Part shown: one piece after another, positions 13,760 through 27,365 of the stretch
Layout of the letters: the number at the start of each line of letters is the position of its first letter
Position numbering within the stretch: position 1 is the stretch's first letter
Assembly: GCA_964016885.1 (NCBI GenBank)
Contig: OZ024749.1
Span: 55,986,001-56,050,000, forward strand
DNA from: Eledone cirrhosa
Taxonomy: Eukaryota
DNA: 64,000 bases
Reading direction: 5' to 3'
The notes under the pieces: generated by a model
The model's input: only the letters and a program-made list of their open reading frames with translations
What the model was told of the DNA's origin: nothing
The model's database searches: none
Made by a program: the position numbers and the translations under genes

Positions 13760-14580
13760 AAGAGTGAATGAAGAAAAATGCAGATGCCACGAACTGTGAA
13801 TGTCCTTGCTTAGAAGTAATAAACTCTGAGCGAAATCTGAACCAAATTTGTTGAGACTGGAGAAAATATTTCCGAGCAGAAGATGACACCAAAAGGATCG
13901 TGGAAGAAGGCTGAAATGCAGGCGGCATGTCTAGAACGAGAGATTCCATTCAAAGCAGGAGATCTGAAGTGTGTGCTATGGTAAAAGCTGAGGAAGTGCA
14001 GCAAACTAAACATCTTTCCAATCGTTTGTTACATGACAAGAGAAAGAAGTCATGAGGTCATCTTTTCTCCACCGCATCATTCCGATCTGCAGTCGACGGA
14101 ACACGTATGGGCCATTGTCAAGGGAGAGGTGAGAAGACAGTACACTACAAACATCACCTTCGAGCAAGTGCTGGTATGACTGTATACATCATTTCAGAGT
14201 CTGGGAAGCAAAACAGTCCAAGGAAGCAAAACAGTCCAAGGATGCATTAACAAGGCTAATTCTCATCTGAACAAGAATATCAGAGCCTTTGTAGACGATG
14301 AAGAGTCCGAAGATGAAGTGATGGTGAAAGTGATACTTCAGGTAGTAGTGATGAAGATAACTTCAATAAATGACAAAATACTCTACTTATGGCCCTGCTT
14401 TCTTTTATTTCTTCTCAAAATCGAAAAGCGTTCATAGCTTTTGAACCAGAATTGCAAAACTACCAAACTTTAGTTTATTCTACTTTTCAAAGCTATATTT
14501 ATCTGCCAATAAGTGGACTGTAAGTTACTTTTTTTAAACTTTGGACAACTCCCACTACCCATCGGAAATCAACCCATTAT
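13760..14580 (+). mobile_element. Decayed IS630/Tc1/mariner-superfamily DNA transposon (transposase pseudogene and probable right end)
   Basis: From 13883: MTPKGSWKKAEMQAACLEREIPFKAGDLKCVLW*KLRK...RERSHEVIFSPPHHSDLQSTEHVWAIVKGEVRRQYTTNITFEQVLV*LYTSFQSL...TVQGCINKAN, then an acidic tail. PPHHSDLQ.(I)E.VW is the catalytic-E motif. It carries in-frame stops and an 18-bp tandem duplication. Confidence 0.8.
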
Positions 14581-15069
14581 ATACATATATATATATATAT
14601 ATAATGTGTGTGTGTGCTTGAGTTTCTTTTTCAGTCGGTGGTGGGTGACAGTAACAGTACTACTTCTGAAAGACAATAGTTTTATTACAAATTATTGTAA
14701 AGTGTGTTACTGATATCCTCCCTGATACCACAATCACCACCCCACACAACCACCTCCATCACCATCACAAACATGGTTTTCCCCATCACTGATGTCACCC
14801 ACCAACCTCACACTCTACTTGACATACTTACAATCTAAGAACAAGAGAGTCAGTGACAATTACACCGTTCCAGTCACGACACCCACCCCTGAAAACTAAA
14901 TAATTTTCACAATAAAATCTCTGTAAAAAAGTGGGTAAAAGGTGGGCACCAGCCGCTACGAAGAACCGAGCTGCGTACATCTGCCGGAATTTGTGACGTA
15001 CGGCGTTTGAGGATACTTCTTAGCGGCGGCTTGCCATCTGTGTGTCTGTTGCCTACTTAGTAGATGGAC

Positions 15070-15185
15070 TGCAGCAAAATGAAATAAAGCCTCTTGCTCT
15101 AGAACGCAACGTACCGCCTTGTCAGCGGATTGAACTTATGGCCTTACGATCGGGAACCGAATGCTATAACCGCTGAGCCACGCAG
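15070..15185 (-). mobile_element. Diverged tRNA-derived SINE head (family B-like)
   Basis: GAAATAAAG..TCTTGCTCTAGAAC...GGATTGAAC...TAACCGCTGAGCCACGC; reverse A-box-like and B-box-like motifs. Confidence 0.55.
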
Positions 15186-16109
15186 CTCGATATGTGGGTC
15201 GGGTCTGGGGGATGGGTGGGGTGGGATGTAAAAAAAAAGAAGCCCCTCCCCCCTCGACTCTCACGCCTCTACACCACATGCAGGTAGATGTGTGGGTGTG
15301 TACAGCATATCTTTGAATATATATTCATGTTTAATAGGTCCCAATATTGCTGCCATGTTCCCCCCCCTCCCTCTCTCCCCCCTATCTCTATCTATCTATC
15401 TCTCCCTCCCCTCTCTCTCCCTCTCTGTCCCTCTCTCCGTCTCTCCCCCCCCTCTCTCTCTACCTCTCTACATCCGTTAATTAGGTGAACTAATTACTTA
15501 AGTATTTTATAATGACTGGATTCCATTGTGCCAGTGTTAACGACCAAGGTTACAATAATCGGTTAACCGGAGTGAGGGAGAGAGAGAGAGAGAGAGTGAG
15601 GGAGAGAGAGAGAGAGTGAGGGAGAGAGAGAGAGAGTGAGGGAGAGAGAGAGAGAGTGAGGGGGTGTTGAGATACCTAGGAAAGAAGTCTTGACAACATT
15701 TTAAAATTTGTTAATTAAACGCGATGGTTTATATTTGGTACAGCATGATAGTACCACCACCACCACTGCTAAACAACCACCACAGCCGACCAACCACCAG
15801 TACCACCACCACAGACAACCACCAGTACCACCACCACAGACAACCACCAGTACCACCACCACAGACAACCAGCCACCAACCAACCACCAGCACCACCGCC
15901 ACAGTCAACCCACCACCACTAACATCTCAAACGAACCGCAAAATTATGACTTATAAACACATATAGACGTAAATACTGACACACACTAACACGACACAAC
16001 ACAACACAACACACACATTGTGTGTCTACCTATGTCAAGAGTTAGAATATATAAACCTAGGTATGTATATTGAAACCTATACGACATGTCTATATATAAT
16101 AAACATCCT

Positions 16110-16395
16110 TACTACAACAGGACTCCAGTCCATCACAGGATTAAACCCTCAGATACTGCTGGTACTCATTTATGGCTGTTTATACTGGAGCAACGTGAAA
16201 TGAAGTGTTTTGCTCCAGAACACAGCACATAACCCAGTTTAGGTATCGAACCCATGACATAATGATCATTAAGTTCAACGCCGTTACCACTGGGACTAAC
16301 CACATTTATTCCGCCTCTCTTTGTTCTGAGTTCAAATCTCACTGGAATCAACTTTACCATCAATCCTGCCTGGGTCGATAAATAAAATATCAGTT
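16110..16395. mobile_element. Two adjacent diverged SINE fragments (B-like on minus, A on plus)
   Basis: GAGCAACGTGAAATGAAGTGTTTTGCTC...GGTATCGAACCC, followed by CTGAGTTCAAATC...GGGTCGATAAATAAA. Confidence 0.6.
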
Positions 16396-16441
16396 TAGGG
16401 CAGTGTGAAATCTTTAGAAAGTGGAGTGAGCTGCCTTTTGT

Positions 16442-18206
16442 GAGAGTTGATTATATATCTCGCCCTGGGGTACCTGGGGTGACAGACTTAATTTATCTGA
16501 GAGACTGTTGATTACATATCTCGCCCTGGGGTGACAGACTTAATTTATCTGAGAGACTGTTGATTACATATCTCGCCCTGGGGTACCTGGAGTGACAGAC
16601 TTATTTATCTGAGAGACTGTTGATTACATATCTCGCCCTGGGGTGACAGACTTAATTTATCTGAGAGACTGTTGATTACATATCTCGCCCTGGGGTGACA
16701 GACTTAATTTATCTGAGAGACTGTTGATTACATATCTCGCCCTGGGGTACCTGGAGTGACAGACTTATTTATCTGAGAGACTGTTGATTACATATCTCGC
16801 CCTGGGGTACCTGGGGTGGAGAGACTTAATTTATCTGAGAGACTGTTGATTACATATCTCACGGTGGGGTACCTGGGGTGAGAGACTGTTGATTACATAT
16901 CTCGCCCTGGGGTACCTGGGGTGGAGAGACTTAATTTATCTGAGAGACTGTTGATTACATATCTCACGGTGGGGTACCTGGGGTGAGAGACTGTTGATTA
17001 CATATCTCGCCCTGGGGTACCTGGGGTGGAGAGACTTAATTTATCTGAGAGACTGTTGATTACATATCTCACGGTGGGGTACCTGGGGTGAGAGACTGTT
17101 GATTACATATCTCGCCCTGGGGTACCTGGGGTGGAGAGACTTAATTTATCTGAGAGACTGTTGATTACATATCTCACGGTGGGGTACCTGGGGTGAGAGA
17201 CTGTTGATTACATATCTCGCCCTGGGGTACCTGGGGTGGAGAGACTTAATTTATCTGAGAGACTGTTGATTACATATCTCACGGTGGGGTACCTGGGGTG
17301 GCAGACTTAATTTATCTGAGAGACTGTTGATTACATATCTCGCCCTGGGGTACCTGGGGTGGAGAGACTTAATTTATCTGAGAGACTGTTGATTACATAT
17401 CTCGCCCTGGGGTGACAGACTTAATTTATCTGAGAGACTGTTGATTACATATCTCGCCCTGGGGTGACAGACTTAATTTATCTGAGAGACTGTTGATTAC
17501 ATATCTCGCCCTGGGGTACCTGGAGTGACAGACTTATTTATCTGAGAGACTGTTGATTACATATCTCGCCCTGGGGTGACAGACTTAATTTATCTGAGAG
17601 ACTGTTGATTACATATCTCGCCCTGGGGTACCTGGGGTGGAGAGACTTAATTTATCTGAGAGACTGTTGATTACATATCTCACGGTGGGGTACCTGGGGT
17701 GAGAGACTGTTGATTACATATCTCGCCCTGGGGTACCTGGGGTGGAGAGACTTAATTTATCTGAGAGACTGTTGATTACATATCTCACGGTGGGGTACCT
17801 GGGGTGAGAGACTGTTGATTACATATCTCGCCCTGGGGTACCTGGGGTGGAGAGACTTAATTTATCTGAGAGACTGTTGATTACATATCTCACGGTGGGG
17901 TACCTGGGGTGAGAGACTGTTGATTACATATCTCGCCCTGGGGTACCTGGGGTGGAGAGACTTAATTTATCTGAGAGACTGTTGATTACATATCTCACGG
18001 TGGGGTACCTGGGGTGGCAGACTTAATTTATCTGAGAGACTGTTGATTACATATCTCACGGTGGGGTACCTGGGGTGGCAGACTTAATTGATCTGAGAGA
18101 CTGTTGATTACATATCTCGCCCTGAGGTACCTGGGGTGGCAGACTTAATTTATCTGAGAGACTGTTGATTACATATCTCGCCCTGGGGTGGCAGACTTAA
18201 TTGATC
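16442..18206. repeat. Minisatellite of 62/61/52/43-bp unit variants with a 105-bp higher-order period
   Basis: Core unit GAGACTGTTGATTACATATCTCGCCCTGGGGTACCTGGGGTGGAGAGACTTAATTTATCTGA. The ACGG variant recurs at 16861, 16966, 17071, 17176 and 17281. Confidence 0.97.
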
Positions 18207-18437
18207 GACCGGATTAGCAAAAAAAAAAAATTGGTCTTGGGTGCCTTTACGGTTTTATTGCTAGCATTGGGGCCAGGTCTTCGTAGTGAGGATATATTTC
18301 ACTTTCTATCAATCTGGAGGGCCCAAATGATGGATTTTGTTAGTGACAGCGATGATGTTGAAGTAGCTGATGATGATGATAAACGCAATGATGATTTTGT
18401 TGTTGGTGATGTACATGATCATGGTGATGATGATGTA

Positions 18438-18580
18438 TTACTGGTACTTTATTTTATCGACCCCGTAAGGATAAAAGGAAAAGTTAACTGTGGCAGGATT
18501 TGAACTCAGATCGTAAAAGGCATAACCCTGTGCCATAAAGCATGTTGTCCGACGCTTTACCGATATTGCCAATCACCGCC
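18438..18580 (-). mobile_element. tRNA-derived SINE, family A
   Basis: ACTGGTACTTTATTTTATCGACCCCGTAAGGAT...GGATTTGAACTC...GCCAATCACCGCC. Confidence 0.85.
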
Positions 18581-19208
18581 CTCCTCCTCCTCCTCATCCT
18601 CCTGCTGCTGCTGCTGCTGCTGCTGGTGGTGGTGGTGGTGGTGGTGGTGGTGGTGGTGGTTTTAATCTTGAAATTGAAATTTGCCATATGTGACAGAAAT
18701 GTTTTTGGCAGTTATAAGAATAATGTAGAATTATTGGGGTGGTCTGGGGTGTGGTGGAGGGCCAGGTCTCTATAGAAACACGGTCTTGACTGTAATTAAA
18801 AGTTGTTTAATTAAACAGGAAAATTATTTCCAAATCCTCCCCTCTCTCTCTCCCCACACACACCTCCCTCCTCACTACACAAACCACCATTACCCCACAC
18901 CTCACACAACAATCACCGCTTCTAGCATAAGGACATCAATATAATTATATTACCTTAGTTATTATTATTAGCAAAGTCTGTTATTATGGCTCGCTGATAA
19001 ATCAGGAATTGGAAGTTGAAATGCTCAACGATTCGACCTGTGCAAAAATATCCAGCCAATAAAGGGACATTCTCTATACCAAGGGCCGCAAACCTGCGCC
19101 TTCTTAGTCTCATGTGGCTCCTTACTCTATCTTGAGTAACTCCTGAGGTTTTCTAACATTTTTACTTCATTTTGTTCGTATGTTCTTTCTATCTTTCTTT
19201 ATATATAT

Positions 19209-19430
19209 CGACAGTCGATCGACTTTCATCAAATCGGACCGAGGAAATGATGTTTCCATTGGTCTTTCCAAATTGCTAACACTATCTATCGGTCGCAACT
19301 CCAGGTAGAAGAAGCAACGTGAAATAAAGTGTCTAGCTCAAGTCAAGGACATAACGCATCACCCGGTCCGGGAATCGAACTCACAACCTCACGATTGCGA
19401 ATCCAAATCTCTAACCACTCAGCCATTGCA

Positions 19431-19433
<3 letters not shown>
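19209..19433 (-). mobile_element. tRNA-derived SINE, family B, near full length
   Basis: The minus strand starts AGGTGCAATGGCTGAGTGGTTAG (A-box), has GAGTTCGATTCCC (B-box) and ends GAAAGTCGATCGACTGTCG-(TA)n. Homologous to 24002 and 48178. Confidence 0.88.
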
Positions 19434-19527
<94 letters not shown>

Positions 19528-19619
19528 GCACATATATATATATATACATATATATATATACACACATATATATATGTAAAAGGTAAACAGAAATAACAAC
19601 ACAATTGGTACAGTATATG

Positions 19620-19649
<30 letters not shown>

Positions 19650-19650
<1 letters not shown>

Positions 19651-19934
19651 AGTTTCGTGAAATACTCTTTTTAAGACTATACAGAGCATTTGAAGTTTTT
19701 CCAAATTGAAGGATGAGTATGTAAACTTTATTTTATTCTGAATTAAGGCTCCATTGATTTTTTCCCTGGATTTCACAAAATTCTGTGGATAAATCTATGT
19801 CTTGATTTTTTAAAAATTGAGTTTGAATTATTTTCCCACATCTTACATTAACTATTTTTCCATTCTGACGTTGTAGTCACTTATATATTATGAAATACTG
19901 TTGGTTTCATGCTCACAATAATTTCTACACTTTA

Positions 19935-19971
<37 letters not shown>

Positions 19972-20228
19972 TAATTTATATATGGATGAACAATTGATAA
20001 CTGCAATGTCTGATGGTTGGTGACATAATTTGTTAGTCACAAACCGGTCATGAAGACATATTTGAATTAACACAATTCCTAATGAAATCTAACAAAGCCA
20101 CAATTCCACTGATATTCTAATAGACTTTATTAGCATTTAACTGGTTATTCAGCCTTTGCTAATATCGAAATATCTAAACTCTATTTTATTCCTTTGAGAA
20201 TAAGGATTCAGTTTGTGAAACACAGAGT

Positions 20229-20264
<36 letters not shown>

Positions 20265-20285
20265 GGATTGAATAAACAATTACGC
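19650..20285 (+). mobile_element. Possible highly decayed Penelope-like ORF C-terminus
   Basis: Scattered colinear peptides LYRAFEV, IY..IDNCNV..VG, HLTGYSAFANIEI and LNKQL, broken by stops, frameshifts and microsatellites. Confidence 0.3.
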
Positions 20286-20421
20286 TAGTACATATTCTAC
20301 ATAAAAGCAAATGAACATACACACACACACGTGAATATATATATACACACACCACACACCACACACCACACCACACACACACACATACACACATACATAC
20401 ATACATACATACATACATACA

Positions 20422-20457
<36 letters not shown>

Positions 20458-21404
20458 CATATATACATATATACAGAGAGAGAGAGAGAGAGGGCCAATC
20501 CTCAATTTGTACGATCAATTAATCCTATGAAAACCTTGTAGATATGAAATTTGTACTATCAGAAGTTATTATAGCATATAAAATGTGGTAATTGATTTTA
20601 AACGAATGAAAAGATTGGGAGAAACAGTTTTCTCCCCTTTTCTAATTCAATTAACTAGAAATAGACATTAAGGATGTGTTTATTGTTAAATTTATCTTAC
20701 CGTTTCTTCATTCAACAATGGAATAATATGCGTTTTATTTTGGAAAACAAAATTTTAAATTTAATAGTAAAGATATAATTATCGGGAGGAATGTGAACAT
20801 GTTAGCAAATTGTAAATGTTAACACAGCAAAAGGAAATCTCTTTGGGAATATTTGATACTTTATCGTATTTGTTTTAGAATAATTAAACTGGGTAGATTG
20901 CACCAAATTGTTTAATGTATATTCTTATACAGAAACTGTGTAATTTGACGGCTGTAGCCTGAAAAAGTTCGTCTCCCCCCATAATTATATTTAGAGCGAG
21001 TTACCCCTTCCCTCTTAACCTCTACATTACGGACGGATTATTTCTTTTAAGAACAAATCTTGCTTGAGTATTTTAATACACACACAAACATATATATGCA
21101 TTTATGTCCGTGTATGTATGTATGTATATATATATATATATATATAGATATAGATAGATATAGATAAATTTCGACCTTACATACTTGCACCTCTCTAAGA
21201 CAATGTCACTGCACGGAGATCTTTGGTGCCACGCAGTAATACAGAAGACCCGCCTTGCCTATGTACAAAGCGAAACTTACAGTCAGTAGGCACCTCTTAA
21301 CCAAATATACACCCCAACCCTTTACCCCTACTCCATCCTCCCACCAACACCACCCTTTCTCTGTAAAGTTATGTTGGTACCACAACATCTAGTCCAAACT
21401 AATG

Positions 21405-21657
21405 AGATCGTGTAGGTGTCACGACAAAAACACACAGTCCACGCTGTAATGTGGTCGTGTAGGTAACACGGTAAAAAGCTCCCAGTCCACACTGTACATG
21501 TGGTTGGTGTAAGGAGGGCATCCAGCTGTAGAAAACCTGCCAGATAGTCCTATACGAGCGAGACACGGTCACCCGACTAACCTTGCCTCAAGTGTGCCAA
21601 CTCCCGTCTAACCCATGCTAGCGTGGAAGATAGACGTTAAACGATGATGATGATGAT
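21405..21657 (+). mobile_element. Short retroposon 3' part ending in (GAT)n
   Basis: GGTTGGTGTAAGGAGGGCATCCAGCTGTAGAAAAC...CCCATGCTAGCGTGGAAGATAGACGTTAAACGATGATGATGAT. Recalled as an abundant octopus repeat tail; not verified. Confidence 0.6.
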
Positions 21658-22644
21658 ATATATATAGTATGTATATATACTTACAAATAAACAGTCATTC
21701 ACCACTGGAAGAGTTGTTACAAGTTACTGTAAACGGGTTAAATAAACATGGCCATATTGAAATATATGTCAATTTATTATAATCCTGTTTCAGGTCGTCA
21801 ACTCTGTTAATAGTTTCTGTGTCACACCTTTGAAAACTATTGAACCAAAAATATAACTTGTTCTACTTTTGTCCTACATAAACAATTCAATGGGAAATTG
21901 TGGATTTATTGAGACCACTTACCACTCCATCACACCACTAGAATGGTTGGAATGGTTTGTTGTTGGTTCTGCTGTTTGTACAGCTTTATTCTTTTACTAT
22001 TAGTAACCATTCGCGCATTAAGTCGTAAAAGCAGTCGCTAAATCGTTCTGAAATCTTACCCTCTTAAAAATGGAAAAACACACTGAATAATTATATCTGT
22101 TGGACCTTCCGTCGGTTTTCAACAGAAAAGCTTCCTCGTGGACGTAACATGCAAGTTTCTGAGGATACCATAAAAATTTCTACCATTAACGCAGTTCTCA
22201 GGGTTTTTCAAGGCTGACCCTTTGAATCAAGGGTACAATTAATTTTTTTTTTTTTTTTTTTTTTTTGGCAAGTTCAGAAGACTAGGAAAATGTTGAAAAA
22301 AAAAGTGTTTTATTCAGGGATACAAATCAGTCGTGAATCGAACTAACGATCGTCAGTCAAATGCCTTAACCATTGAACCATGAGTCATCACTTCCAATAT
22401 ATCTAGGAACAGAAATAAGAACGAAAAACCACAGTTGGAATGTCTTTGATTCCAGGTCTGATTGACCAAGGCTGACCTTGGAACAAAGGACAACAAAAAT
22501 AACAACAATAATAACTGGTTGTAATATAAGAACCTTAACGCCATGTCGTAAGTAACCCAGTACTACTAGTTATTAGTGAGATCTTGTTACCTGGTATATG
22601 TTACAAGCAAGAGCAGTGACCAACACTTCAGCAATATGACACGA

Positions 22645-22747
22645 AGGCGGCAAATTGGCAGAGTTTTTAGAACGTTGGATAAAATGCGTTGTGGCATTCA
22701 TTCCGGCTCTCCACTCTCTGACTTCAAACTCCGCTGAGGTCAAACTC
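22645..22747 (+). mobile_element. tRNA-derived SINE family A, diverged 5' part
   Basis: GGCGGCAAATTGGCAGAG...GACTTCAAACTCCGCTGAGGTC. Confidence 0.65.
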
Positions 22748-23628
22748 GAGCTGTATGAAGGGATATGCTGAGTTTTTTAGATGCCAGAATCCTTCTCACG
22801 GCATCACTAGAATGGTCTAAAAGAGCCATGAACTGTTCACTTGGAACCAGTTTGACGGCGAGAGTTACCGGAATAATGTCGACTCAAATACAGGAACTCC
22901 TTAGAATCTTCACTTCGAATATATTATTATAAGCTTTTGTTTCCCAGACCAGTAAGGTTATTTACTTATAGATGGGGACCCGTAATTCTAGACAACGTCC
23001 CATGGTAAGTACCGCTCAGCCAGGGACTCGTACTAGACAGGGTCATCACACTCTGAACTAATAACTACGCAAGGGTCATGAGTTCAAATACACTTGTGGT
23101 GGTTCAATGTATTCATCGAGTAAACAATTCTTTCTATCTACATTGTCTTAGTTCTTATCTTGCGAATGGGAATAAATGCAAGATCACGTGGGTGAGAATT
23201 AGCTGTGATAATATGACGACATATCCAGGAAGAGATTTATTTTCATTCTGTTGTGAACGCCATGAAACCGGAGACAAGTAAATATATTTCTGTGACTCTT
23301 AACTATTTAATGTTGTATATTTGTTTACATTGCGTCTCCCTTTCCTTCAACCCCCCCCCCCCCCCACACCAGAGCCACCCTCAATCCATTCACTTACTGG
23401 CTTTGGCCAGGGCTGCAAAGTTAGGAAATCACATCATTTTTTTAAAAAGCAGGTGTTGTTATGCTCCACGTAGCTTTTATTGAGAGCGATCAGTCAACTA
23501 CAAAATAGGAGTGAATCCTATTTTCCACATGAGTACACCAAGGTAAGCATAGTGCTCCGCTGCTTCTTTTTTTTTTCAACCAATGACAGTAAAGCTACTG
23601 GGTGGGCCTGTATGTATGTAGGTATGTG

Positions 23629-23674
<46 letters not shown>

Positions 23675-23920
23675 AGTGTGTGTGATATGGTTCTTTGTCC
23701 ACGATATTGGTGACACAAAAGACTGGACTCAATAAATCATTTTTTAACGTTGCTTCAAAAACTTACCCCCACCCCACCCGCCCCAAAAAAGAAGAAAAAG
23801 AAGAAAAAAAACAAAGCACACAACAAGAACAAAAACAATAATAAAAGAATAAGAAAGATAAAAAATACTAACAAAATAATTTAGGATAGTTATTAAATAT
23901 GGGTAACTTACTTCCCTTTT

Positions 23921-23956
<36 letters not shown>

Positions 23957-24001
23957 AGAAAAAAACACCTACACTATCTATATAATGCAAATATATATAT
24001 T

Positions 24002-24203
24002 GATTGGTTAGGGAACTGGATTCGCAATCGTGAGGTTGTCGGTTCGATTCCTGGACCGGGCGATGCGTTATGTCCTTGAGCAAGACATTTTATTTCACGT
24101 TGTTCCTTCTACCCGGAGTTGCAATCGATAGATAGTTTTAGCAATTGGAAAGACCAACGGAAACATTGTTTCCTCGGTCCGATTTGACGAAAGTCGATCG
24201 ACA
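24002..24203 (+). mobile_element. tRNA-derived SINE, family B
   Basis: TGGTTAGGG..GGATTCGCAATCGTGAGGTTGTCGGTTCGATTCC...GTCCTTGAGCAAGACA...GAAAGTCGATCGAC. Confidence 0.88.
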
Positions 24204-24259
24204 AATTATTTTATAATTATTATGTATATATATATTTATATAGTCGATCTCTCTCTCTT

Positions 24260-24298
<39 letters not shown>

Positions 24299-24368
24299 AA
24301 TTATAAAATAATTTGTCGATCGACTTTCGTCAAATCGGACCGAGGAAACAATGTTTCCGTTGGTCTTT
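24149..24368. repeat. ~70-bp perfect inverted duplication of a SINE 3' end plus flank
   Basis: 24149-24219 is the reverse complement of 24298-24368. The spacer is TA/CT microsatellite. Confidence 0.92.
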
Positions 24369-24701
24369 ATATATATATATAAGTTTCACAAGAAAAACTA
24401 AGACGAAACAAGCAGGACGGACGCATAAAAGAATCAAACCCCCAATCTCCTGGGCAAGACGATTTCACGCCTAGGGATGTCATTGTAAAATATTGAACAC
24501 AGGCTGCAGGACAGTTGGAACAGGTCGCCGGAAAGAGGCATAGGAGACAACACAACATGGAGAGGAAAACGGATGAGTGTCTTTTGACAAGGACTGTGAA
24601 GCGAGGATTGAAAGGAATTAGTATAAAGAGGTTTTACTCCAGGAAACGGTAACACAGGAAGGGGAGAAAAGGGGAGTGTGAATGTGTGTGAGAGAGAGCG
24701 A

Positions 24702-24751
<50 letters not shown>

Positions 24752-25606
24752 TAGCAGCATCTCCACCGTCATCACTCCACCACGATCATCTCCACCGCCA
24801 TCACCTCACCTCCACCGCCAGCACTCCACCACCACCACTTTAATTACTACAAACAATACAGTTGACCTGACACACCCAGTTTATTATCACCAGATAGCAA
24901 CGCCATCATCACATCTACAGTCATCATTCCCTCAGTCACAACCAATACTACTAGTAATACCACCACCACCACCACCACCAACAACAACAACACCACCACC
25001 ACTACCACAGCACCAACACCACCACCACTACCACAGCACCAACACCAACAAGAACACTACAACCACTACTAACACACCCAACAATACTACCATTATCTCT
25101 ACCACCACCACCACTAACAACAACAACAACACCACCACCACTACCATAGCACCAACAACAACACCAACACAACATTGCCACCACGGTCACCACCACCAAC
25201 AACTCCAACACAAACAATACATCACCACCACAGCACCAACACTACTACTACCACCACTAACACCTCCAACAGTACCACTACCCCACCACCGCCACAACCA
25301 CTACCCCACCCCCACCACCACCACTACCCCACCACCGCCACTACCCCACCCCCGCCACCCCCACTACCCCCACCACCCCACCCCCACCACTACCCCACCC
25401 CCACCACCACTACCCCACCACCACCACCACACTATACACACAGCCAGCCACAGACACTACAAGTCCATTAAGATATAAAATGTCGCTGATTAAATCGTAT
25501 TCCGACCTTGCAGTGGCTTTCATCAACGGGAGAGCACTCTGTGTACAATAGGTACACATGACTAGAGATAGGCAGGCAGCCTCAAACACGGCAAAACCTC
25601 TCTATG

Positions 25607-25843
<237 letters not shown>

Positions 25844-25964
25844 ATATTTACGTATATGTATATATATATACACGTATATGTATATATATATATATACACG
25901 TATATGTATATATATATATACACGTATATGTATATATATATATACACGTATATATATATATACG

Positions 25965-25996
<32 letters not shown>

Positions 25997-26191
25997 CACA
26001 TATACATATGTACGTATGTATGGGGTTGTATGTGTTATGTATGTATGTGTGTCTTTGTGCATGTACGTATACGTATGTGTATAAACAGAAATAAACGTGT
26101 ATATATATTTATATATATGTATATATATTTATATACACATATATATATATATTTATATATATATATATATATATATGCATACATATATATA

Positions 26192-26247
<56 letters not shown>

Positions 26248-26661
26248 TACATTCACATTTGTTGCACTTGTGCAATCTGTAGCTTTCCTTTGGGTAATTG
26301 CATATACACACACACACCACAAATAAACGTATGTGTGTTTGTCTCTCTCTCTCCCCCCATCCCCCCCATCTCTTCATCTCCCCCTTCTCTGTATGTAAAT
26401 TAGCTATGGTTATGTTTGAAGGTAAGGTACACCTCCCTCCCCCAGGGTACAGAGATGACCAGTTAGCCGTATCATACACCTTATCAATAGATCCAAGAAG
26501 CATCCAGTGGCAATATTTCTTGTGTTTAGTTTGAATATGGTAATTTGTTTTATTTACTATTGTTACCATACACCTTTCTTAGATTTTATGACAGGTAAAC
26601 ATCACCTTTAAAAGAAGCCAAAAACTGCATTAGCTGGTGAGATTGCAGATTATTATTCATA

Positions 26662-26853
26662 AGGCGGTGGATTGGCAGTATCGGTAGAGGGTCGGATGCC
26701 ATGCTTTCCACCATAGTTACGTCCCTTTACGTTTTGAGTTCAAATCCCGCCGAGGTTGACTTTGCCTTTCATCCTTACGGGGTCGATAAAATAAAGTACC
26801 AGTAATACACTGATTAATTGCTGGCCTTGTGCCACAAAGTAGAAACAATTATT
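26662..26853 (+). mobile_element. tRNA-derived SINE, family A, near full length
   Basis: A-box-like TGGCAGTATCGG, B-box GAGTTCAAATCC, core GCCTTTCATCCTTACGGGGTCGATAAAATAAAGTACCAG and tail GCTGGCCTTGTGCC..AGAAACAATT. Confidence 0.9.
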
Positions 26854-27365
26854 CATGCCAGGGAACACACAGACACCCCACACATAATCACTTGCATACA
26901 TTCACACGCACATACATACATTCGCATACACATATATACACACGCACATATATCACACACGACAATATCACCAACGGTCGTTTTAAGGCCCTTTACCCTG
27001 CTAAAGTTAAGGTCAGCCTTGCGGGGGCCTCTTGACAAGGTTTCCCATTTCCTCCTATCCCCTCTATCCCCTCTCACCAACTTTCCACCTCCATCATCCT
27101 TTTTTTCCTGGTCTTCCTCTTCCGCCACTTCCCTCCACATTTATTTCCTACACTCCTCTCAACCAGTCAATTTTATCTTTCCTCAGCACATGACCCAGCC
27201 ATATTATTCCGGCCATCTCCCTAACATCAACTCCAGTTCTATTCCACTTCCCATCACCCTCTGCAATTCATTGTTTCCTTGACAACCATTTATATCCACT
27301 GGGCACCACACAGATACAATATATCATATCGACACACACCTGTTATACACACCTGTATATATATA

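Noticed and set aside
10681-18206. Regular repeat arrays as possible CRISPR arrays (also 44862-45396 and 59911-60464)
   Set aside because: The units are head-to-tail with no unique spacers, there are no cas genes, and the context is eukaryotic.
19340-19433. tRNA gene candidates at SINE heads (also 24002, 26662, 48178)
   Set aside because: A/B boxes are present, but each continues into a shared SINE body and I could not build a complete cloverleaf.
22972-23004. 33-bp candidate micro-exon (TTACTTATAG / GTAAGT)
   Set aside because: The splice-like signals are good, but there is no recognisable peptide or partner exon. Such matches arise by chance and would need RNA-seq.
24400-24650. Possible CR1/L2 C-terminal remnant (HRLQDSWNRSPE)
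   Set aside because: Only one short motif with no supporting colinear similarity.
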